NCBI RefSeq assembly: GCF_023055435.1
Contig: NW_025963857.1
Span: 13,888,001 to 13,952,000, forward strand
Source of the DNA: Haliotis rufescens
Taxonomy: Eukaryota
Direction of reading: 5' to 3'
Length of the DNA stretch: 64,000 bases
Position 1 is the stretch's first letter. Every line of letters starts with the position of its first letter. A program made the position numbers and the translations under genes. This document shows positions 24,301 to 36,300 of this stretch, piece after piece. Under the pieces are notes generated by a model that was given only the letters and a program-made list of their open reading frames with translations, had not been told where the DNA came from and did not search any database.

Positions 24301-27300
24301 CCACTCATCATTTCAGACTTCATCATACATAGTCATCTATTTCAGAATAAGCCTGAGCTTCAAATTTCTAAGGCCTGATAATAACTGTAGCCATGTTGTC
24401 AGCTGGTGATGTGGGGAATTACCAACCTCAGACAGGAAGTTCCCTCAGAGTTGTCTGTCCCTGAAATAAAAAGCAGAGGCCTGGGGTTGGATAGTAACCA
24501 TACCACCAGCCTGCTCTTGTCAGTAACTGTCGGGGATAGTTGGGACACCTGCATGTATGTCAGAGATGCCAACTGAGGCCAGGGAATATCTTGTTTAACT
24601 GGGATCCAAATTTTGCTATTAGCATGAATATCTTTTGCATTGCTTTTTATCACCAAACTCTTCAAAATGTGTAAACCTTCCCATCACAATCTAAAACCAG
24701 CTATTATCAATCAGATAAAAATTTACCTTACAGAGAAAACACTCTCACTGCTTCTTCATATTTGGGGATACCACCCTTTTTGCAAATATCATGGGAAAGT
24801 ATTATCAACTGGTTTCTCAAAGCTCGATTTTTCAATCTCCAAGGTGTGGCATTCAACTATCATTCTAAGGCGAAAGAGGCAATATTTTGACAGACATTTG
24901 AAGAGAGTTTTGCCTAGTTCATAACAAAACTGCAGCAGCGAAGTCAGTAGCTAGTAAACATTACAGGATATGTTCAAAATCTGCAATACCTTTCACCTTG
25001 CTGATTGGTGGACTTGGGTCTAAAATATGGTAATGATTCTCCCAATCTGAAAGGTTGGCATCTCTGATTATAACCAATGTCCAGAACTAAAGACTTCTTA
25101 AGAGAGACAATTTTATGTCTAACCTTGTGAATTGATTATTTATTGATAAAAATGAAACCCAGTCAACAGATTGAGCAGTTTAAGTTTTATAAATCACTTC
25201 AAGCTGAAATGTTTCAATAAACCAGAATCTGTATATGTTGAGAAAAACATTCCTGACTTTTGTGGGAATAAGCCCAGAGTGAAAAAAAGGAGAAATTACG
25301 CTGAAATCCACTGCGTTCAAGTCAAATGTTGCACTGAGGACAAGATCACACAAAGCTGAAACTTATTCCAATCTCATCAAAATCAGATCTTAGTTCTCGC
25401 GACTGCAAAACCAAGATGAGGACATCCCAACAATCAGAACGTCGTTTACCAGTTCATGAAAGTGACAGTCGGAATGTGTTTTCTAATCATGCTATTTCTA
25501 ATCTAAAAATTTAACACAGGGTATTCGGAATGACAGTTACAGGCTTTATGACTGAATGCATAGGCCATCTATAAGCCATTCCAGAATGTTGTTATTAAAG
25601 TTAAAATTGAAAATTTGTCAAAATATGTTTCTAAGCGTAGACGCCAGTTTGAAACTAGTGCCGTAAAGCATGAGAAAGCTGCCTTCTGATTGGCTAAAGT
25701 CGACTTCTTGTCAGTCATTCCATTGGCCAGTCAAAGTCCGCGAAAGGTCGTTCTGACATGATCCGCAATAAGATGTCCTCAGATCTTTGTTTAGCAGTAG
25801 CGAGAACTAAAGACATCCAATTTATTCTTGTTGTCTGGACTGAACCAGTCAACAAAAAGAAATATGGCAGTTATGAAAACCATGTTTTTAACAATCCTTG
25901 AACAGTATCCAGGAAGAACCACCTTTTCATTACCCAAACAGGTTTCAATTTTAATGTAGTCTTGCCTCTGCCCTGCTAACTCATGATGTGAGGCATGTAT
26001 TCTGTTTGCAAACTGAACTACAGAACAAAGAATAATCATAATATTTGTGAAATTCTGCATTTTGAGGATTTGGTCAATACTGCAGTAGCTCCATCAGCTT
26101 CTAAGGAACAAAGGTTTTGACAGTTTGTTGAAACAAAAGGGGCAAGTAAACCATGGTAAGTCTATGGATTTCATTGAAGTACTGTCCAATAAAACCCTCA
26201 AAATGCAGTTCTTGAGGACTAAAGTTTACCATCAATTCGTTTCTTCACAGTCCATACAGCATTGGGATTACCGGGCAGCTCAGACACAGCCATCTCCGAC
26301 ACCTACCATAATATAACACAAAGTCAAGTAACTGAAGTTTTATTTCCATAACTGTCAATAGTGAGGTCGAAATTATACTCACCCGACAAAAGAGTGAGTG
26401 AGTGAGTTGGGTTTAACGCCGCTTTTAACAGTATTCCAGTTTTATCACGACGTGTCAGCTTAATGTGGGAGGAAAGTCCGAAGTGATGCAGGTGAAACCC
26501 AAGAACACGGGTATGGTGCTGACATACCTAGAAACAAAATCGGGGTGAACCGGATTCGAACCCACAATCATAGGTTTCTGGCGTGCCCAAGGGACACAAC
26601 TCTGCTCAGCGAATCGCGGCGCCTTAGACGACTGGGTCACCCGTGCCCCCCCCCCACCCCCGACAAAAGAAAGGTGAATACCCTCTATGTTGGTTAATAT
26701 ATGAAGAATTACTCATATTCAAGAGATTAGATTGGTTTGATGCACAAACGAACATACTGGTATGTTGTGTGAAGCGATGCTCATGAACGCATGACCTGTG
26801 ATGTCATAGACCCATGATTAGCGTGTAAAGTTTGGAAATCACATGCAGTATATCGTGATGAAAATAAAGACAGTGGTAACACTTGACTGATTATTAGTTT
26901 TATCAGTAATTGATACACATTGGGGGTGGGGAATTTGACAGTTCTAAGTCGCATGTCAAGTGGGAAGTTTGGCTTCTGTTGTAAGCAGACAATACCTTCT
27001 ACTGTCCCATTTGACATGTCATGCTGTCATTGTTCGCTGATTAGTTTTAAAATCATAAAGCTGGGCCTACTCACATTAACTTCATGACATTTTAGGCAAA
27101 GGTTTGACAGTCGTATTAATGTGGTGATGCATTAATTTCATGCTTTACATTACTTGATAGTCACCCCTACTTAACATTTTGACACTGACCAATGCTTCCA
27201 CCATGATGCAGGTCTGGGTGATCATATCAGAGTCTTAACATTGACAAGGGCCCCTAGACTTTCATGCCTAACTTTAAACAAGGAATAAACATACGAATTC

Positions 27301-30300
27301 CTCGTACCTCAAGTCCGTGACGAAGGATTCGGAGGGTAGACCTGGGCCCCCTTCCACACAGTGTGTACAGTTGTGGGGTGTCTTCATTAGCAAGATCAGC
27401 AATCTGTTGAACAACAAAGAAAAATTGCAAATTCAGAGAGCTAGATTTCATGAGTAATGTCTGTTTGTTGTTTTTAAGCTGCACTCAGCAATATTCCAGC
27501 TGTGTGACAGCAAATAATCGAGTATGGACCAACAATCAGGTGATTGACATAGAAAATCTCACCCAAGTGTCTTTTGATATCAAATATATCAACACAAGTT
27601 GATAAAAGTGGAAAAACTCCTTGGCAAGTCTTGGATTTTTGCCACTTTTATCAACTTGAGGGTGAGATTTTATTTATCATCCAACATCATTCTTGCAATT
27701 TTTCAGCTTATAGATGAGTATAAATCTACGCAAATGGGATGGGATAACATGCATCAACAAAGTCAGTAACTTTGACCACCCGATCCAAATTGCTTATTAC
27801 TACAAGCAGAAGCTTCTGAAGGCCAATTCTAACACAGAAGGAATGAATAATGATAACAGCATTTCTGTCCATGCTTTGAACTTACTTAATTCTTTCAAAC
27901 AGGATCAGGGACTCGATTCACAAAGGGGTTGAAGAATTACGACTGTTGCAAGTCAATGTTAAAGCAACAGTTTGTCCAGGAGCGCTAGAATGACTACGAA
28001 CTACGACACCAACGGTTCCCATACCTGACAGGTCATGATAGGGGACAGACTGTCGATCTCGTCAACCAACACCAGATTCTTCAAGGTTCGGGGAGGGAAG
28101 AGGAACGTCTCCCCTTCCTCCAGGGGCATAGCACTGCTGAAGTAGGGCTCCCCATCGTCATCTCCCAGGTGGGCAATCTGGTACAGGTGACTGAAACAAA
28201 CAGCTCACAACTCACCTCTGGCCTAATACCAATACAAACAAATATCTGCCTCATGGTAAGGATAGTTTATATCTGTCAATAATATCTAACTTGAGTGAGA
28301 GAGTGAGTTGGGTTTGGTAAATACTTCCAGCATCGGGAAAACTTGATAACTCGAAGTCCTGTGGATCAACAATCATATGTCGTGTTATTCAAAGTTATAA
28401 CTACGGGGTATCACAGTATTAGACGAGCATGTCGATTGAGTTAGTGAGTTTGGTTTGACGCCGCTTTTAACAGTATTCCAGTTATATCACGGCATGTCAG
28501 CTTAATGTGGGAGGAAAGCCTGAAGTGATGCAGGCCTCAGACGTTTACCACTTCGGTGAAAACCACGAGCACGTGCATGGTGCTGACAAACCTAGAAACA
28601 TAATGGGGGTGAACCTGGATTCAACCCACGATCATAGGTTTCTGGCGTGCCCAAGGGACGCAACTTTGCATAGCGAATTGCAGCACCTCAAGACGACAGG
28701 GCCACCCGTGCCCCCATATCTAACTTGAAAATAGATCATCTTGTCTGGGCTTGCTACTCTCACTTAAATTCACATAAATGGTTCAAAAACTGTTTCTTTC
28801 ATTTAGCCATAGGATAAATGCTACATAAAAAGTCTCTGACACAACAGAATGTTTTCTAGACAAATTTTTCAGATATTTTGTCTTGTGTATTTTCATAAAC
28901 AAGAACAATACATTAAATATTTTCTCATTGAAAGTCTGATCACCTCGACTTTAAATTTACTGGTTGCTTTACGTTTTAGAAGTTTACTGTCATATGTCTT
29001 AAAGGATCAGCACAAAACATCTTATACACAGAGGCATCACCAGACTGAATCTGTATGACCTTCTATATATAATACAGCAAACTTTACTATTTGTTCTATG
29101 CAAGAGTTACAAATAACAACATGTCTCATGGATAAACATTCCACGTCCATATAATCAGGTATCTTAGGAGTGGATCATTCCACACTTCTCCAATATCAAG
29201 AGGCTGTCAACTCACTGATTGCCGAATTCCGAAGCAAGAAAGAGGAAGCCAGACTTAAGGACACACATGCTGACAGCCACCGGGACAGTGTCAAAATACT
29301 TCAGTCGGATCTCTGTAACCTGAAGCACATAAACAACACAACTTAATAAACACTATGAAGACACACATTGTTAAAACAAGCTGCAATAACCTTACACCAA
29401 CACCAGACTGCTGAGTAAATCACATATTTATCCAACATTTGGGGCAACATTTAATATAGTTAAATATAAAACATACCTTGACATCTTGTACAGGCATAAG
29501 GACATTAGAAAATTTAACCTGGCTTATAAAGTAATCATGTTGCTGGACAAATAGTGAATTCAGTTAGCGAGTGAGTTTGGTATTATGACTCTTTGAACAT
29601 ATGACAGAGAACACCTGACAGCACTACATTTGGCTGTGCTCAGACAAAACTCATGACACGACTCTACCATGACGGAGGAGATGTGAGGTGAAATTGGGCT
29701 TAACATCGCGTCCAAGATTATTGCACTTATCAGAGCTCCAGATAAGCTTTTGGTGTTGTGGGTATTTTACCCATGCATTTTAAAATCACTGGGTATCAGT
29801 AATTCTATCTGCGTATTCAAATTTCTGTTACCCACTAGTTTTTACACATGTGGGTATTTAAGTTAAATATTTAAAAACACTATTCATCTAGTCCCTGCCA
29901 ACTGGTGTCGTGTGGGTTTGAGAGCTTTATAGGACTCAAAAATACCACGATACTTCCACAGGAAAGTGTGATGGCAAATGATCATGATGTGACTGTCATC
30001 GTGGAGTTTGGCAAGGTTGACGGAATGCCCGTTTATAATTTGAAAATAAGTTGCTGATTTGCTAATCGAATACGCAGGGTTACTTCATAATATTTTGATG
30101 ATACGCACAAAATCTGTTTTTGTAGCGTATCTGTAATGTTGGTTGCGTATTTGATATGCTTGGATTATTTTTTACTGCATATTTCTGTATTTCTGAAGCG
30201 TATTTCACGCAGATACGCAGCTTATCTGGAGCTCTGACTTATATAGCGACATGCATGTACATGTGTGTGTGGCTGCTTTTACTCGTCTGCACTGATGCCG

Positions 30301-33300
30301 ATTTATAGTGCTAGCTCACTAAGATACCATGCCGCAGTTTAACATGAATACCCCACTCAGACACAGTATACCGACTCCGAGCCAACCAGTTCTTGTTTTA
30401 GCCCCTTAATGCCCAGCGCCAGACTGGGTTCACAACAAGTACCATCTATTAACGTCTTTTGGTATGACACGGCCGGGGATCAAACCCCGCACCTTCTGCT
30501 CTCCGGGCGGACGCTCTACCACTAGGCCACGGAGGCGGTTTACTATGTCAGAGGATAAAACAAACAGCTCAGCTCTGCCTAACTTTTGTTCTCACAACTG
30601 AACATCAATGCCTAGATCAATTAGTGTCACAAGTCCTCTATCACATACAGTAGTCAGTATACAACTGCTTAGCTCCCTTGTGTATTCATGACACATACCA
30701 TATCCTCGTCTGTCTCTAGCGTGATCTTGAAGATGTCACCCTGTTCTGTCTGAGCCAGGAAGAAGAACATGGACTTGGTCTTGTGGGTGGCACTACACAC
30801 AAATATCATGCCTCTCTCTGGGTCATCAAGATCATACTGAAAGGAAACACCAATTATCAATTTGAATTACATGTGCAGTTATTGCAATTAACACTTAACA
30901 GACATACCAGGCAACAAAACACCCTTTGCAGATTGGATATGAATCCACGAACAAGCAGAGCTCTGCTTGTGTTTTGTCTGTTTTTTTAACGCCACACTCG
31001 GCAATATTCAAGCTATACAAGATCAGTCTGTAAATATTTGAGTCTGGACCAGACAATCCAGTGATTGACAACCTGACCATCGATCTACACAATTGGGATA
31101 TGATGACATTAACAAAGTCAGCAAGCCTGACCACCCAATCCAAATAAGTCGTCTCTCACGACAAGCAAACTGTTGCTGAAGACCAATTCTAACCTGGATC
31201 TTCACAGCAGTAAACGGGTGACTGAATTGGGAAGATTACAGATTTGAACGGCACTTCAGTTTTATCATGATGTGACTGATTCATTTGGGAGGAAAGCTAA
31301 AGTAAAGCAGGTCCTAGACGTTAAACACTCGATTGGTTGGTTGGTTTGTTGTTTAACGCCGCACTCAGCAATATTCCAGCTATATGCATCGGTCTGTAAA
31401 TAATCAAGTCTGGACCAGACAATCCAGTGATTAATATCATGAGCATCGATCTACTCAATTGGGATCGATGACATGCATCAACCAAGTCAGCGAGCCTGAC
31501 CGCCCGATCCTGTTAGTCGCCTCTTACGACAAGCATAGTCGCCTTTTACAGCAAGCATGGGTTGCTGAAGATCTATTCTACCCCGGATCTTCACGGGTCT
31601 AAACACTCGATTGAATGTTGTTAAATGCTGCAGGCAGCATACTCCGGCTACATCACACCAGCCTGTAAATAATCAAGTCTGAACGAGTGATTGATATAAT
31701 GAGCAACCCCCTTGACATCAGGGTAAAACGCCATCAACCAAGTCAGAGAATGTGAGCGACAATATTCCAGCAATATCACAGTGAGGGGCACCGGAAATTG
31801 GCTTCACACATTGTACCCATGTGGAGAATTGAACTACAATGCCACAGTGTGTGAGCACATGATCCATATATGTCGCCTCTTATGACAAGCACTGCTACTT
31901 GTGGCCAGTTCTACCGGGAATCCCCCTGAGTTTAATACACAGAAAACCTCACCCTCCGCCTGGGAATGGGACACCTGATGTCCGGCTGGTCTCCCAGGTT
32001 CTTGTACGTCACATAGTTCTCAGAGCAAATCAGGACACCACTTGGCCCATCGTTCCCTCCAGGTACTGAAAGATCAACCACAACTTGTTCAACCCAGGCT
32101 CTTGATGGACAGCTTTGCACATTCTTGTTTGTTTTTAAATTACCATTCTAAATGTGAAACTGAGCATGCTAGACAAAGATTTGTTTGTTTGTTGCTTAAT
32201 GCCACACTCAGCAAAATTCCAGCTATATCATGGTGGTCTGTAAGTAATCGAGTCTGGACCAGATAATCCAGTGATTGACATCATGAGTATGGATCCACGC
32301 AACTGGGATCCGATGACATGCATCAACCAAGTCAGCGAGCCTGACCACCCAATCCCGTTAGTCGCCTTTTACGACAAGCATAGTCGCCTTTTACGGCAAA
32401 CATGGGTTGCTGAAGACCTATTCTGTCGCTAGACAAAGAAAACATGGGCAAACATTTAGGAAATCAATCCACACTAAATACTATTTATACTATGATTATG
32501 AGGTAAAACCGACAATTGAAATCAATTTCTGTTAGTCTTTCATTTGGATCTTTTGTTAAAGAGTTAAGTCTACTGAAGCAACAAGATTGGACAAGCAGTC
32601 TCAACAGTACATGTGACAATGTTTTCCTGCGAGTGATGGTCATATTGAGTAAATGTACCTGAGATAAGGAAGTTGGCATGCTCTTCCAGCTGCTCGGAGT
32701 ATTTCCGGACGACGTGGTTGAGGCCAAGGTCCAGTTCGTAGTAGGTGAGTAGTTGCTGGGTCCTCTGGGCAGCCTCCCCAGTGTGGTCACTGTCCGCCTC
32801 CTACAACCATCACTACATCGTCAGCAACATCACCACAGAGGCAATGGGGAGGAAACACATGCACAAGATGGGTCGGCTTTTGTCAGGTATGTACAGAATT
32901 TCAGACACATAATTCAAGGCCTCATCAAGCCATTTTCAGGGTTCCCAAAAATTCCAACTGAATAAATGATATACTTCTGGTACTTCCTTTTAATTTGTTA
33001 CATATGCGGCATAGCTGACACAGAGATCATTGACAGGCAGGTACTTCAGTTGTTACTGAATTTAACTGATTGGATACAAAAGACTTCATTGAAAACATTA
33101 CATTTCAACAGTGGTTTCCATCAAACTACGAAAAGGCATTTACTTTTTAAACAATAATTTGAGCACAGGGTTGGTTAGAAAAATTCAAGGACATTTTGGG
33201 GCACATTATCATTTTCAAGTGGAATCTAAATTCAAGACCTATGCCAACCCTGTATTCCTCTGTTGGGTTATCAAACCTAAAAGAAAAACCAGGAGGACAT

Positions 33301-36300
33301 CAGGACAAAATGTACCTCATAATCAATTTCCAGACAGGCAAATGTAGGATTTTCAAAGCCGACATCCACACCGACCATGTGGTAGACGAGTGTGTTGGAC
33401 TTGTGAGCCTCCAGTGGAGATGAGATTGTCAATCTAGCCTGGGCATCTCTGTTGAGAATGTACACAAGCTTCTGCTTCTCTATAGCACCTGGGAAGCAAA
33501 CAAGAAAATACAGTAGCCTTATTTCTATATCATGCGTATGGAGTATCAAATACTTGCATAGAGTTATAAATAAGACAATTTTTGATTAACCATCAAAAAA
33601 GATGTAAGGCAATAATTAACTGATCACTAGGTTTCATGTATACCTGCCACCAACAGTCAAACATCTCACAGCCCACACCCCATCTCACAGCCCACACACC
33701 CCACCTCACAGCCCACACTCCGCCTCACAGCCCACACCCCTCCTCACAGCCCACATCCCACCTCACAGCCCACACCCCCCACCTCACAGCCCACACCGCC
33801 TCACAGTCAACACCCCACCTCCCAATCCACACCCCGTCTCACAGCCCACACCCCGTCTCACAGCCCACACCCCGCCTCACAGCCCACACCCCGCCTCACA
33901 GCCCACACACCGCCTCACAGCCAACACCCCGCCTCCCAATCCTAAACCCCGCCTCCCAATCCTAAACCCCGTCTCACAGCCCACACTCCGCCTCACAGCC
34001 CACACACCGCCTCACAGCCCACACACCCCGCCTCACAGCCCACATCCCACCTCACAGCCCTCACACCCCACCTCACAGCCCACACCCCGCCTCACAGCCC
34101 ACACACCGCCTCACAGTCAACACCCCGCCTCCCAATCCACACCCCGTCTCACAGCCCACACATCGCCTCACAGCCCACACACCCCGCCTCACAGCCCACA
34201 CACCCCGCCTCACATCCCACCTCACAGCCCACATCCCTCCTCACAGCCCACATCCCTCCACCTCACAGCCCACATCCACCTCACAGCCCACACACCGCCT
34301 CACAGCCCACACCCCGCCTCACAGCCCACACCCGCCTCACAGCCCACATCCCACCTCACAGCCCACACCCCACCTCACAGCCCACATCCACCTCACAGCC
34401 CACATCCCTCCTCACAGCCCACACCCCTCCTCACAGCCCACATCCACCTCACAGCCCACATCCACCTCACAGCCCACACCCCGCCTCACAGCCCACACCC
34501 CTCCTCACAGCCCACATCCACCTCACAGCCCACACCCGCCTCACAGCCCACATCCCTCCTCACAGCCCACATCCACCTCACAGCCCACACCCGCCTCACA
34601 GCCCACACCGCCTCACAGCCCACATCCACCTCACAGCCCACACCCCTCCTCACAGCCCACATCCACCTCACAGCCCACACCCCTCCTCACAGCCCACATC
34701 CACCTCACAGCCCACATCCACCTCACAGCCCACATCCCTCCTCACAGCCCACATCCACCTCACAGCCCACATCCACCTCACAGCCCACATCCCTCCTCAC
34801 AGCCCACACACCCCACCTCACAGCCCACATCCACCTCACAGCCCACATCCACCTCACACCCCTCCTCACAGCCCACACCCCTCCTCACAGCCCACATCCA
34901 CCTCACAGCCCACACCCGCCTCACAGCCAACATCCCGCCTCACAGCCCACACCCCGCCTCACAGCCCACACACCGCCTCACAGCCCACACACCGCCTCAC
35001 AGCCCACTTCCCGCATCACAGCCCACAACCCGCCTCACAGCCCACATCCCTCCTCACAGCCCACATCCCACCTCACAGCCCACACCACCTCACAGCCCAC
35101 ACCACCTCACAGTCAACACCCCGCCTCCCAATCCACACCCCGTCTCACAGCCCACACTCCACCTCACAGTCCACACCCCACCTCACAGCCCACACACCGC
35201 CTCACAGCCCACACACCGCCTCACAGCCCACATCACGCCTCACAGCCCACATCCCACCTCACAGCCCACACCCGCCTCACAGCCCACATCCCACCTCACA
35301 GCCCACATCCCGCCTCACAGCCCACATCCCGCCTCACAGCCCACATCCCACCTCACAGCCCACATCCCGCCTCACAGCCCACACCCCGCCTCACAGCCCA
35401 CACCCCGTCTCACAGCCCACACACCCCACCTCACAGCCCACACCCCTCCTCACAGCCCACACCCCTCCTCACAGCCCACACCCCTCCTCACAGCCCACAT
35501 CCCACCTCACAGCCCACACACCCCACCTCACAGCCCACATCCCTCCTCACAGCCCACATCCCCTCTCACAGCCCACATCCCACCTCACAGCCCACACCGC
35601 CTCACAGCCAACACCCCGCCTCCCAATCCACACCCCGTCTCACAGCCCACACTCCGCCTCACAGCCCACACCCCACATCACAGCCCACACCCCTCCTCAC
35701 AGCCCACATCCCACCTCACAGCCCACATCCCACATCCCGCCTCACAGCCCACATCCCACCTCACAGCTCACACCTCACAGCTCACATCCCACACCCCACC
35801 TCACAGCCCACATCCCACCTCACAGCCCACATCCCGCCTCACAGCCCACATCCCGCCTCACAGCCCACACCCAGCCTCACAGTCCACAAGATGATATGGA
35901 CTTTCATTGGTCTAATAATGGGATGCTTTTTCAAGTCAGGTGCATAATATGGCAAAAGCATTTGGTATATTCATCATATAAATCACATCAGTTGACAATC
36001 AATGTGCACAGATGCTTGAATAGTTTGTGTAAAATATAACAAACAACAATACAACTCCAGCTGGGCATTCGTTTTGGATGACAATCTGGGAACTTCATGA
36101 GGCAATGTGGCAAAATGTAGTTACTTGGTTCATTCACTACTTGGTACTACTCACCTATCATGACAGCCCTTCCTTTTGGATCTACAGCTAGGTATTGCCC
36201 AGGCACAATCCGACGACATCCACTTTTCCCAAATGTCTCCTGGTGAATCTACACGGGGATAGAGAACATATAATCAAATAATCGACACATTTTGAGGGGG

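Noticed and set aside
32876-32931. TTGATGA...CTGA...CTGA with a GGCTT/AAGCC stem
   Set aside because: Too short, no C' box and no recognisable target
33636-34680. Pro/His/Thr-rich and Val/Gly-rich ORFs
   Set aside because: Translations of the minisatellite
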